Part shown: positions 1 to 9,418 of the stretch, one piece after another
How positions within the stretch are numbered: the stretch's first letter is position 1
Layout of the letters: each line of letters starts with the position of its first letter
Source of the DNA: Gammaproteobacteria bacterium
Lineage (GTDB): Bacteria > Pseudomonadota > Gammaproteobacteria > UBA4575
Assembly (NCBI GenBank): GCA_965220875.1
Contig: OZ244849.1
Span: 1,466,401 to 1,530,400, forward strand
Length of the DNA: 64,000 nt
Direction: 5' to 3'
Notes under the pieces: generated by a model
The model's database searches: none
The model's input: the letters and a program-made list of their open reading frames with translations, nothing else
What the model was told of the DNA's origin: nothing
Program-made: the position numbers and the translations under genes

Positions 1-237
1 ATGAGTGCGGCCACCATGGGCTTCGGGATTGCGGGGGCCGGCGTGGTGGGCTCGGTGGTGGTCCTGGCCACGCTGTTCCAGCGCATCAAGCGCAATCGCC
101 CGGAAGGCTATTACCAGCAGGGGTTTCGCATCCGCCTGCACGCGTTCGGCCTGTACCGCGCGCCCTGGGTGCTGCGAAGCGGCATCTGGGATCTCGGGAG
201 GACGGCCCATGCGCCGCTACCGGCTCGAAATCGATAA
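1..237 (+). CDS. 3' end of an upstream ICE conjugation-module membrane protein (partial, start outside the window)
   Basis: ORF open at the window start; hydrophobic GFGIAGAGVVGSVVVLATLF segment; about 68% GC matching the downstream ICE genes. Confidence 0.35.
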   Translation: MSAATMGFGIAGAGVVGSVVVLATLFQRIKRNRPEGYYQQGFRIRLHAFGLYRAPWVLRSGIWDLGRTAHAPLPARNR

Positions 238-877
238 CGTGCGCGCCCATGTGCGTTCCCTGTGGGGGGTGATCGGCATGCAGGGTCTCATCATCCTGGC
301 GCTGTGGCTGGGCTGGAGCCAGGCCCCGCATCACCTTCGCATTCACATCCCGCCGGATCTTCGCTCCGGGGCCGTGCTGGGCACGGAGGAAGTCCCTGCC
401 GCCAACGTCTACGCCTTCGCCTTCTACATCTTCCAGCAGCTCAACCGCTGGCCGGACAACGGGGCTGAGGATTACGGCCAGGCGATCTTCCGGATCGCGG
501 CCTACCTGACGCCACGTTACCGCAGCGACCTGGTTGCGGACATGGAACTGAAGGCCCGGCGCGGCGAGCTGGCCTACCGGGTCCGGGGCGTGCAGGAAGT
601 TCCGGGGCACGGCTATGAAGAGCGCCGCGTGGACATCCTTGCCTCCGGGGTCTGGATCGTGTGGCTGGACCTGGACCTGCTGGAGTCGGTGAAGGGGATG
701 ACCGTCAAGCGCACCACCATCCGTTATCCCCTGCGCGTGGTCCGCCAGGCGGTCGATCCCGAGACCAACCCATGGGGCCTGGCACTCGACGGCTATGCGG
801 GCGAGGGCCCGCAGCGCCTGGGCGATGTCGAGCGGACCACACCGGATGAATCCCCGGTTCAAGAGGAGAGTTCCTGA
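209..877 (+). CDS. Conserved ICE conjugative-transfer protein (PFL_4703-like family, ICEclc/PFGI-1-type)
   Basis: ATG at 209 (MRRYRLEIDN...); N-terminal TM helix; synteny with the downstream MPF-G gene set. Confidence 0.5.
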   Translation: MRRYRLEIDNVRAHVRSLWGVIGMQGLIILALWLGWSQAPHHLRIHIPPDLRSGAVLGTEEVPAANVYAFAFYIFQQLNRWPDNGAEDYGQAIFRIAAYLTPRYRSDLVADMELKARRGELAYRVRGVQEVPGHGYEERRVDILASGVWIVWLDLDLLESVKGMTVKRTTIRYPLRVVRQAVDPETNPWGLALDGYAGEGPQRLGDVERTTPDESPVQEESS

Positions 878-1692
878 TGCCTGACTTGCCTTTACCGTCC
901 CCTAAAAAAGCATGGCTGTTCGCCTTGCTGTGGTGTCTTTCAGCCGCGATCCATGCAGGCGCCGACCTGTCTGTACAGGATACTCCCGAACAGATCACTT
1001 GGCGCAAGGCTCCCATCGGGATCCTGCTGGTGGCAGGCGAGGAGCGCCTGGTGCATTTTCCGGACTCGGTGCGCCTCGGCCTGCCCCGATCCCTGGCCTC
1101 TATCCTGCAGGTCCAGAGCATTCACGGCACGCTGTACCTGCAGGCCGGCGAGCCCTTCGAGGCGACCCGGATCCTGGCCTACACGCAGCCCGAGGGACCG
1201 ATCTACGTGCTGGACATCGAGGCGGTGGCCGCGGGCGCAAGCCTGCATGCGCTGCCGGATATCGAGGTGGTCCACGAGCCTGTACAGGCGGAGCTGCCTG
1301 AAGTACAGGGGGAGGGCGGGCGCGCCTCGCCCTGGGGCTATGTCGCCCTGACGCGCTTTGCCGCCCAGAGCCTGTATGCACCTGAGCGCCTGGTCCCGGG
1401 GCAGCCTGGCGTGGTGGCCGTCCCGGTGGATCCCGAGCTGGTCGACCTGGTGCGCGCCGGTCCTCCCGTCCAGGCCATCCCGGTCGCGGCCTGGAAGGCC
1501 GGGCCGTATTACGTGACGGCCGTGCAGCTGACCAATCTCGCACCCCGTCCCGTCGTGCTGGACCCCAGGGTCCTGCAGGGTGCCTGGCGGGCCGCCACGT
1601 TCCAGCACAACCTCCTGATGCCGCAAGGCCACGAGGCCGATACCACGACCGTGTACCTGGTGTCCACGCGGCCCTTCGAGGCCGCACGCTGA
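877..1692 (+). CDS. Conserved exported ICE conjugative-transfer protein (TIGR03749-like)
   Basis: Signal peptide MPDLPLPSPKKAWLFALLWCLSAAIHA; start overlaps the upstream stop; conserved position before the coiled-coil protein and lipoprotein. Confidence 0.55.
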   Translation: MPDLPLPSPKKAWLFALLWCLSAAIHAGADLSVQDTPEQITWRKAPIGILLVAGEERLVHFPDSVRLGLPRSLASILQVQSIHGTLYLQAGEPFEATRILAYTQPEGPIYVLDIEAVAAGASLHALPDIEVVHEPVQAELPEVQGEGGRASPWGYVALTRFAAQSLYAPERLVPGQPGVVAVPVDPELVDLVRAGPPVQAIPVAAWKAGPYYVTAVQLTNLAPRPVVLDPRVLQGAWRAATFQHNLLMPQGHEADTTTVYLVSTRPFEAAR

Positions 1693-1710
1693 CCGGGGAG
1701 GGTATCCGTC

Positions 1711-3114
1711 ATGGCGAGACTCACCCGCAACCGCCTGCTGCCTCTTCTGGCCGGCATCCTTGTCGTGGCGGCCGTGGTTATCGGGATCCGGTCCTGCACC
1801 TCCGGTGAGGAGCCGGCCTTGCTGCTCGATGCCGTGCCCCGGGCCTCGGCCCCGGATGCGGACACGCCTGCCGACACCATCAAGACCCTGACGGCCAATG
1901 TAAGCGGCATGACCTCGCAGCTCAATGCGCTGCGCCAGGACAATGCCGCGCTCAGGCAGGAAAACCGCGAGCTCATCGAAGACCGGACGCAGATCGAGGA
2001 CTCCGTCGTCTCGAGATTGCAGGACATGCTGGATGCCAGGCAGGCTGATCCCGACGATCCTGAAACGATTTCCGCACTCGCCGCCCTGGGCGAACGTCTC
2101 GACGCCCTGGCCAGCCGGTTCGAAGCGGCAGACCCCGCCATGCCGCACACCGGGTATCCCGTGGGCCAAGGCCTTGAGACACCGCATCCCCGCGAGGGTG
2201 ACCGGGAGCCGCCGGTCTGGATCGAACCCCTGGAGCACGGGGCGGGGCCGGCTGATGTGGCCGCACCTCCCGGTCGCGCCTGGTCTGCCCTGGAGCGTGC
2301 CCGCCCGGCCCTGGAACCCGTGATGGAGCATGCCCGTGAGGCGGTCGAGACCGAGGTAGCGGTCTACACCGTGCCGCGCAATGCGACCCTGATCGGGTCG
2401 GTGGGCATGACCGCGCTGGTCGGGCGCGTGCCCATCCAGGGGCAGGTGCAGGACCCGATGCCGTTCAAGGTGATCACCGGCCCGGAGAACCTGGCGACCA
2501 ACGGGCTTCGCATTCCGGGAGTCGAGGGCATGATCTGGAGCGGCACGGCGATCGGCGACTGGACGCTGTCGTGCGTGAGCGGACAGCTGGAGTCGGTCAC
2601 CTTCGTGTTCGAGGACGGCACCATCCGCACCCTGTCCAGCGATGATCCCCGCTCGGTGGGTTTCGGGGGCGGCGGCAATACAAAACCCCTGGGCTGGATC
2701 TCGGATGCCTACGGGGTTCCGTGCGTCAGCGGCGAGCGCAAGACCAATGCGACGGCCTTCCTGGCGCAGCGTATCGGGGTGATGGCCATGGAAGCGGCCG
2801 GACAGGCCGTGGCCCAGGCCGAGACCACCACCCTGGTCAACGACTCCGGGGTGACCTCCAGCGTGGTCTCCGGGGAGACCGGCAAGTACGTGCTCGGCAA
2901 GGCGGCCAGCCGCGGCAGCGAGGAACTCGCCCAGTGGCTGCGCGAGCGCCAGGCGCAGAGCTTCGATGCCGTGTTCGTCCCGGCCGGGGTCGAGCTTGCG
3001 ATCCATGTCGACCATGCCCTCTCCATCGATTTTCAACCCGACGGCAGGAAACTTCATCATGAAACGAATCTTTTGTACAAAAACGCTGCTTCTGTTGGCA
3101 GTGGTCTTGACTAG
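1711..3114 (+). CDS. Conserved ICE conjugative-transfer protein with N-terminal TM anchor and coiled coil (TIGR03752-like)
   Basis: 467 aa; TM LLPLLAGILVVAAVVIGI; coiled-coil LNALRQDNAALRQENRELIEDRTQIED; synteny. Confidence 0.55.
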   Translation: MARLTRNRLLPLLAGILVVAAVVIGIRSCTSGEEPALLLDAVPRASAPDADTPADTIKTLTANVSGMTSQLNALRQDNAALRQENRELIEDRTQIEDSVVSRLQDMLDARQADPDDPETISALAALGERLDALASRFEAADPAMPHTGYPVGQGLETPHPREGDREPPVWIEPLEHGAGPADVAAPPGRAWSALERARPALEPVMEHAREAVETEVAVYTVPRNATLIGSVGMTALVGRVPIQGQVQDPMPFKVITGPENLATNGLRIPGVEGMIWSGTAIGDWTLSCVSGQLESVTFVFEDGTIRTLSSDDPRSVGFGGGGNTKPLGWISDAYGVPCVSGERKTNATAFLAQRIGVMAMEAAGQAVAQAETTTLVNDSGVTSSVVSGETGKYVLGKAASRGSEELAQWLRERQAQSFDAVFVPAGVELAIHVDHALSIDFQPDGRKLHHETNLLYKNAASVGSGLD

Positions 3115-3529
3115 CCTGGCCGGCTGCGCCACCACCAAGGAATCGGTGTTGCCGCAGGACGGCCCCACCATGAAAGCCATCTACGACCGGCACATGAGCG
3201 GCCTGCAGCGCGCCGGTCCCCGGGCCGATATGCGCGGCGCGCCGCTGGCGCAGGCCGGCATTGCCCATTACCACGGTTTCGTGCGCGAGGCGGCGAGCGA
3301 ACTCGAGACCCGGTTTCCGCGCCTGCCCAATCCCACCCTGGTGATGTACGTCTATCCCCACCTGTCCGGACCGCAGCGCAGCCCGGTGCCCGGCTACGTC
3401 ACGACGTTCCCGTTCTATGAACGCATCGAGTATGCCCTGCCCGGGGAGGTGCAGGGGGCCGCTGCAAGTCCACAGGCCCCGCCGCCGGTCGCTTCTCCTC
3501 CAGTCGAAATGCAGGAGCAGCTGTATTGA
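3059..3529 (+). CDS. ICE conjugal-transfer lipoprotein (TIGR03751-like)
   Basis: ATG at 3059; lipobox LAVVLTSLAGC; immediately upstream of the VirB4-like ATPase as in ICEclc-type elements. Confidence 0.6.
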   Translation: MKRIFCTKTLLLLAVVLTSLAGCATTKESVLPQDGPTMKAIYDRHMSGLQRAGPRADMRGAPLAQAGIAHYHGFVREAASELETRFPRLPNPTLVMYVYPHLSGPQRSPVPGYVTTFPFYERIEYALPGEVQGAAASPQAPPPVASPPVEMQEQLY

Positions 3530-6225
3530 GCTTCAATCCTTTCAGGGTGACCAAAGACCCGCCCCTGGCTACCTCATCCGTGCGGCAGCGCTATGCTCGC
3601 CCGCCCTCGTTCACCGACCTGCTGCCCTGGATGGAGTACCTGCCTGGATCGCAGGCCTTCGTGCTGGAGGACGGCGTCAGTCTCGGCGCACTGTTCGAGA
3701 TCGAGCCGGCTGGCTGCGAGGCACGCACGCCGGCGTTCATGAGCGGGCTTCGCGATGCGATCCAGACGGCCCTTTGCGAGGCCCTCCCGGAGCACGACGA
3801 GGCCCCCTGGGTGCTGCAGGTCTACGTGCAGGACGAGCCGAGCCTGGCGCGGTTCAGCCGGCAGCTGGATCACTATCCCGCACCGCCCATCCGTGCCTCG
3901 GAGTACTCAAGACAGTACCAGGCGGGGATGGACGCGCACCTGCAGGCCATCTCGAGGCCGGGCGGGCTGTTTACGGATGCCGCGGTGACCGGCGCTCCCT
4001 GGCGCGGCCAGGTGCGGCGCGTGCGCGCGGTGCTGTACCGCCGTCTTGCGCAGCGCGCCCGGGCGCCTTCTAGCGAGGAGGTGGAGGAAGCGCTGGGAGA
4101 TGTCGCCACCAAGTGGATCGCCGCCCTGGAATCCTGCGGCATCCGGGCCGTGCGGGCGAACGGGCAGGCGTTTTACGAGTGGCTGGCGAACTGGTTCAAC
4201 CCGAACCCGGCCCTGGAGGGGGATTCCGGGCCGCTGCTGGAGCTCGCCCCGTACCCGGGGGATGATAACCTTCCGTTCGGGCATGACCTTGGCGAGCAGC
4301 TGGTGCTGTCGATGCCGCGCTCGGACGCCGGTACGGCCACCTGGTATTTCGATGAACTCCCGCATACCGTCGTGAGCGTCCAGCACCTGCGCCGGGCTCC
4401 GCAGATCGGCCACTTCACGGCCGAGCTGCCGGGCGGGGACCAGGTCTTCTCGCTGTTCGACCGCCTGCCGGAGCACACCGTCATGGCCCTGACCCTGGTG
4501 CTTCGGCCCCAGGACGCCACCCGCAATCATATCGCGCGCATCCGGCGGGCCTCGGTCGGGGATTCGGCGGAGGCCACGCTGACCCGCGAGGATGCCGAGC
4601 AGGTGGAACGGGAGATGGCCCGCAGCAACAAGCTGTACCCGGCCAGCCTGGCCTTCTACGTGCGTGCCGACGATGAAAAGGCCCTGCGGGCCCACCTGAA
4701 CCAGCTCCATGCGCTGCTGCTGCCCAACGGCCTGCAGCCCATCACCCGGGAAGGGGACCTGCTGGCCCTCGACAGCTACCTCCGCAACCTGCCGATGGCC
4801 CACGACGTGGCCCTGGACAAGGGCCGGCGGCGCTCGCGCCTGGTCTTCTCGCGCCACCTGGCCAACCTGATGCCGTTTTACGGCCGCTCGCGCGGCACGG
4901 GCCACCCGGGACTCGTGTTCTTCAACCGCGGCGCCGAGCCGCTGGTGTTCGACCCCCTGCACCGCGAGGACCGCAAGAAGAACGCGCACATGCTGATCCT
5001 CGGCCCGACCGGGGCCGGCAAGTCGGCCCTGCTGGTGTACCTGCTCGAGCAGATGATGGCCCGCCACCGCCCCCGCATCTTCATCATCGAGGCCGGGGGA
5101 TCCTTCTCGCTGCTGGGCCAGCATTTTGCCCACCATGGCCTGTCGGTCCATGCGGTCACGCTCAAGCCGGAGGTCGACATCAGCCTGCCGCCCTTTGCCG
5201 ATGCGCAGCACCTGGCCGGACACCGTCATGGACCCCCGCCACCAGGGACCGATGATGCGGCTCCGGCCGGGCCTTCAGGGGAGGCGGGCGCCGGGCGCGA
5301 CCTTCTCGGCGAGATGGAGATTGCCGCCCGGGTCATGATTACCGGAGGGGATGCGGCAGAGGATGCCCTCATGAGCCGTGCCGACCGCCTGCTGATCCGC
5401 AACGCGATCTTCCTGGCCGCGAAAACCGTACGCGAAGCCGGGCGGGACCAGGTCATCACGCAGGATGTCGTGGATGCGTTCGCGGTGATCGCGGGCGATA
5501 CAAAACTGCCCGAGCCCCGGCGCCTGCGCGCCCTGGAGATGGGCGACGGCATGGCGCTGTTCTGCTCAGGGCTCGCCGGGCACTTTTTCAACCGGCCCGG
5601 TACCCCCTGGCCCGAGGCCGATGTCACGATCCTGGAAATGGGCATCCTGGCGAGGGAGGGCTACGAGGACCAGCTGACCGTGGCGTATCTGTCCATCATG
5701 AGCCACATCAACGACCTGGTGGAACGCCACCAGAGCGATGAACGGCCCACGCTGGTCGTGACCGACGAGGGGCACATCATCACCACCAACCCCCTGCTGG
5801 CCCGCTACGTGGTGAAGATTACCAAGATGTGGAGAAAGCTCGGCGCCTGGTTCTGGATTGCGACCCAGAACCTGGAGGACTTCCCCGATGCGAGCCGCAG
5901 GATGCTCAACATGATGGAGTGGTGGCTGTGCCTGGTCATGCCGAAGGAAGAGGTCGAGCAGATCGCACGGTTCCGGGAGCTCAGCGAGGAGCAGCGCAGC
6001 CTTTTGCTGTCTGCGCGCAAGGAGCCGGGCAAGTACGTCGAGGGAGTAGTGCTGTCGGACAACCTGGAGGCGCTGTTTCGAAACGTGCCGCCGCCGCTGA
6101 CGCTGGCGCTCGCCATGACCGAGAAACACGAGAAGGCCGAGCGCGCACGGATCATGCGTGAACAGGGATGCACGGAGCTGGAAGCCGCGTACGCGGTGGC
6201 CGAACGGATCGCGAAGGGCCGTTGA
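3526..6225 (+). CDS. traC: Conjugative transfer ATPase, VirB4/TraC-like (PFL_4706-type)
   Basis: 899 aa; Walker A GPTGAGKS; Walker B-like LVVTDEGH; the size and gene context are typical of MPF-G ICE ATPases. Confidence 0.8.
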   Translation: MSFNPFRVTKDPPLATSSVRQRYARPPSFTDLLPWMEYLPGSQAFVLEDGVSLGALFEIEPAGCEARTPAFMSGLRDAIQTALCEALPEHDEAPWVLQVYVQDEPSLARFSRQLDHYPAPPIRASEYSRQYQAGMDAHLQAISRPGGLFTDAAVTGAPWRGQVRRVRAVLYRRLAQRARAPSSEEVEEALGDVATKWIAALESCGIRAVRANGQAFYEWLANWFNPNPALEGDSGPLLELAPYPGDDNLPFGHDLGEQLVLSMPRSDAGTATWYFDELPHTVVSVQHLRRAPQIGHFTAELPGGDQVFSLFDRLPEHTVMALTLVLRPQDATRNHIARIRRASVGDSAEATLTREDAEQVEREMARSNKLYPASLAFYVRADDEKALRAHLNQLHALLLPNGLQPITREGDLLALDSYLRNLPMAHDVALDKGRRRSRLVFSRHLANLMPFYGRSRGTGHPGLVFFNRGAEPLVFDPLHREDRKKNAHMLILGPTGAGKSALLVYLLEQMMARHRPRIFIIEAGGSFSLLGQHFAHHGLSVHAVTLKPEVDISLPPFADAQHLAGHRHGPPPPGTDDAAPAGPSGEAGAGRDLLGEMEIAARVMITGGDAAEDALMSRADRLLIRNAIFLAAKTVREAGRDQVITQDVVDAFAVIAGDTKLPEPRRLRALEMGDGMALFCSGLAGHFFNRPGTPWPEADVTILEMGILAREGYEDQLTVAYLSIMSHINDLVERHQSDERPTLVVTDEGHIITTNPLLARYVVKITKMWRKLGAWFWIATQNLEDFPDASRRMLNMMEWWLCLVMPKEEVEQIARFRELSEEQRSLLLSARKEPGKYVEGVVLSDNLEALFRNVPPPLTLALAMTEKHEKAERARIMREQGCTELEAAYAVAERIAKGR

Positions 6226-6701
6226 TGGTGTACAGCCCGGACAGCGCGAGGGGCAGGGCCGTACCGGGGTGCGTGCTCACCGCATTCCTGGTGTTGTTAC
6301 TGGCACTGGTTCTGGTTCCAGGCAAGCCTGTGCGGGCCGGGGAGGCCCCGCGCATCGAGGTCTTCGTGACCGAAGAATTCCTGCCGCTTGCCGCCACGCA
6401 GGGGGCCACGGTCTACGTGATCGACGGCATCAGCCAGCTGCAGGTCGGGCTCTCCCGGGAACTGCCCGGGGACCCCAGGGCAGCCAGGGCGCTGGTCCTT
6501 GAGCGCTTTGCACGCATGGAGGCAGGGTCTGGCAGGCAGCTGGAGAATGCGGCACAGGGACTGGCGCGTGCCATGCACTACGGCATCGACCGCTACCCTG
6601 CGATCGTCTTCGACGGGCAGGCCGTGGTGTATGGCATTCCCGACATCGCTGCGGCCAGCCGGTTCTACCGCGAGTGGCAAAAGGCGCAGGCCCGCCCATG
6701 A
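6225..6701 (+). CDS. Exported ICE protein (TIGR03757-like)
   Basis: ATG overlaps the traC stop (TGATG); signal peptide LTAFLVLLLALVLVPGKPVRA. Confidence 0.5.
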   Translation: MVYSPDSARGRAVPGCVLTAFLVLLLALVLVPGKPVRAGEAPRIEVFVTEEFLPLAATQGATVYVIDGISQLQVGLSRELPGDPRAARALVLERFARMEAGSGRQLENAAQGLARAMHYGIDRYPAIVFDGQAVVYGIPDIAAASRFYREWQKAQARP

Positions 6702-7717
6702 AAACGCTGCACTGCCTCCTGCTGATCGTGCTGTTGTGGCTGCCTCCCGTGGCCCATGCGGGGTCGATCACCACCTCGCAGATCGTTGCGCGAACCAGTG
6801 ATGCGGCCCTGGCCTGCATGCGCTGGATGCCGGTCGGGGTGTGTTTCTGGCTGCGCTGCTCGCTCTCTGGCTGCAGGGTCAAGAGTTCGCTCAAGGTGGG
6901 TCATTACCAGCCGGATGCGGTCATCAGCAGCTACAACGAGCTGGGCGGCAATCCCTGGGTGGAGATTCGCAGTGCGCTAGGCCTTGTGCAGCGCAGCGCG
7001 GCCAGCGGGCTGCTTGGCAGCCTGCTGAACGTGCCAGCCGGCAGTGCCGGCAACCGCACCGAGGGCGGGCGGGGGAGCCGGGATCACCGCAACCTGGTGT
7101 TCCGGGAGGTGGACGTGATCGGCCATCCCCTGCAGTCCCTGTCCGGACTCGTCGCCACCGCCGGTTACCTGTGCCGTGCACAGACCCGGTCCTACTTTCC
7201 CTATTTCCAGTCAGTGCTCGATGCGCTCGCCTGGCGCACGGGGGCCGTGGAGATGCTTTACCCCGCAAGCCTGGCGCCCGGGCTTCGCGAGATCGGGTCC
7301 TGGCCGGCGCAGAGCTGGGGCAGCGTCTATCCACGCACCGGCTGGGTCATCCAGGCCGAGGAGCCCAAGGCGGCGGCCATTGTCGCACAGCGTGCCGCAG
7401 ATATCGTTACCCGCACGCACCAGCCCCACGTCTACGTGCCGATGACCGGCAGGTCCGGCTCCGGACAGAAGGTCTGGCGGCCCGGCCCCCTGCTTGAAGA
7501 CGACCCCGACACCGGGGAATGGCAGATGCTCCTCCCGAAGCCGGAGTCGGATTGCGGCCGGTTCGGGACGAATGACCTGGCCAGTGTTTCCGGCTGGGGC
7601 GGCGGGCGCATCGATCCCGGGGGAGATTATGTGTGGACCCTGTGGCGGCCCTACAGCTGCTGTCGCGATCGCGGCTCCTTCCTGTTCGAGATCAGCTGGA
7701 CACGGTACCCGCCATGA
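6698..7717 (+). CDS. Exported ICE protein (PFL_4710-like, TIGR03756)
   Basis: ATG 6698; signal peptide MKTLHCLLLIVLLWLPPVAHA; cysteine-rich; stop overlaps the next start (ATGA). Confidence 0.5.
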   Translation: MKTLHCLLLIVLLWLPPVAHAGSITTSQIVARTSDAALACMRWMPVGVCFWLRCSLSGCRVKSSLKVGHYQPDAVISSYNELGGNPWVEIRSALGLVQRSAASGLLGSLLNVPAGSAGNRTEGGRGSRDHRNLVFREVDVIGHPLQSLSGLVATAGYLCRAQTRSYFPYFQSVLDALAWRTGAVEMLYPASLAPGLREIGSWPAQSWGSVYPRTGWVIQAEEPKAAAIVAQRAADIVTRTHQPHVYVPMTGRSGSGQKVWRPGPLLEDDPDTGEWQMLLPKPESDCGRFGTNDLASVSGWGGGRIDPGGDYVWTLWRPYSCCRDRGSFLFEISWTRYPP

Positions 7718-9054
7718 ACACCTCGTACTTCCCCCGGATTCTTCTGTCGTGTGCGCTCATCATGATCAGCCAAGGAGCGGGCGCCGTAAAGGGGCCGACC
7801 GAGGACAGCCTGTGGTACTACGAGATCGGGGGCGCGCAGCCGGTCTCGACCCCGCTCAACCCCTCGGTGGTCTCGGTCACGCTCGGCGGGTCCGCGCAGT
7901 TGGGGCTGGGCTACAGTTGCGGCAAGTTCGATCCGGTGGCGGCGGTCACGAATACGCTCAACGAGATCGGTGCCGGTGCAGACCGCATGATGGATGCGAT
8001 GACGGTGGCGGCCACCAGTGCCATCGCCGCGCTGCCTGCGCTGATCCTGCAGCGCGCCAACCCGGGGCTCTACGACCTGTTCCAGAACGCCCTGATCAAG
8101 GCCGAGGAAACGCTGAGGCTGGCCACCAAGTCCTGTGAGCAGATGGAGGCGGAGATCGCCCAGGGCAAGAATCCCTATGCCGACCTGGTGGTACTGTCCA
8201 AGGGCAACGACTGGAAGGTGCAGATGGGCATCCCCGGCAACGATGCCGTCAGCGCCAAGATCTCGGTGGAGACCGCCAGCGGCGACAACGGGGTCCCCTG
8301 GATTGGCGGCCAGGCCGGCGGCAGCGGCCAGCCGGTGCTGGAGTTCACCGGGGATATCGTCGAGGCCGGCTACAACATCCAGATGAACCGGGCCGTGACG
8401 GACACGAGTCCCATACCGGCGTCCTCCTCCGCACGGCTGTCCGAGCTCTGGGCAACGCCCGCGCTGGCCCGGGACTGGGCGGTGGACGTGGTGGGCGAGA
8501 ACATCGTGACCACCTGCGACACCTGCCGCAAGGACAGCATCCCGGGCACGGGCCTGTTGCCGAGGCTGTTCGAGGAGTCCGCAACCGTCACTACAGACAT
8601 CCAGGCCCTGGTGCAGGGCACGGCCCCGCCCACCCTGGCCAATCTCGAGAAGGTCCGGGCGCCCAGTATCGCCATGACCCGGCAGGTGATCGAGGCCATC
8701 CGCGAGATGCCGGCCTCCGAGCAGGGCCTGATCATGAACCGCCTGGTGTCCGAGATCAGCACGGCGCGCACGGTGGAGAAGGCCCTCCATGTCCGCAGGC
8801 TCCTGCTGTCCGGCCGGCAGGTGCCCGAGGTCTACGCCACGCAGGTCGCCCGCGAGCATGCGGACCAGGCCATCGCGGAACTCGACCGCGAGATTGAGAA
8901 CCTGCTGTTCGAGACCCGCGTGCGAAAGGAGATCGTATCCGGCACCGTCACCACCCTGCTCGAGCGTGCCGCAGCGAGACGGCAGGGCTCGCTCACCGCC
9001 CCCGAGGTGCCGACGCTGGATCCCCATCCGTTGGGGGGCGGGCGTGTCCGGTAG
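7714..9054 (+). CDS. Exported ICE protein (PFL_4711-like, TIGR03755)
   Basis: ATG 7714 (MNTSYFPRILLSCALIMISQGAGA signal peptide); 446 aa; synteny. Confidence 0.5.
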   Translation: MNTSYFPRILLSCALIMISQGAGAVKGPTEDSLWYYEIGGAQPVSTPLNPSVVSVTLGGSAQLGLGYSCGKFDPVAAVTNTLNEIGAGADRMMDAMTVAATSAIAALPALILQRANPGLYDLFQNALIKAEETLRLATKSCEQMEAEIAQGKNPYADLVVLSKGNDWKVQMGIPGNDAVSAKISVETASGDNGVPWIGGQAGGSGQPVLEFTGDIVEAGYNIQMNRAVTDTSPIPASSSARLSELWATPALARDWAVDVVGENIVTTCDTCRKDSIPGTGLLPRLFEESATVTTDIQALVQGTAPPTLANLEKVRAPSIAMTRQVIEAIREMPASEQGLIMNRLVSEISTARTVEKALHVRRLLLSGRQVPEVYATQVAREHADQAIAELDREIENLLFETRVRKEIVSGTVTTLLERAAARRQGSLTAPEVPTLDPHPLGGGRVR

Positions 9055-9418
9055 CCCCCGGCTCCGGCGAAAGGGTCTGGTGTTTTTCACCGCCATCGCC
9101 GTACTGCTGACGGCAGGGTCTGGTTTTTTGCTCATGCACCGCCTGCAGCTCGAATCCGTGCAGTCCATCCGACAGGGCATGCAGGCCTGGAAGCCCGTCC
9201 TGGGGGCCGTGCGCGGGGCCGTGATCCTCTTGGTGGCGCTGGGCTGGAATCGCCTGCTCGCAGTGCTCGCCGGCACAGGCATGCTCCATCCTGCCAGGGC
9301 AGGGCAACTCGCTGCGCTGCGCTGGCGCATCGTGGCCTGGATGGTGATGCTGGAACTGGTGCTGGGGCAGGGCGTGCTGGTGCGCATCATGCAACTTGCA
9401 ACCGGGGCGGCATCATGA
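9044..9418 (+). CDS. Small integral membrane ICE protein
   Basis: GTG 9044; about 124 aa with three predicted TM helices; stop overlaps the traG start. Confidence 0.4.
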   Translation: MSGSPRLRRKGLVFFTAIAVLLTAGSGFLLMHRLQLESVQSIRQGMQAWKPVLGAVRGAVILLVALGWNRLLAVLAGTGMLHPARAGQLAALRWRIVAWMVMLELVLGQGVLVRIMQLATGAAS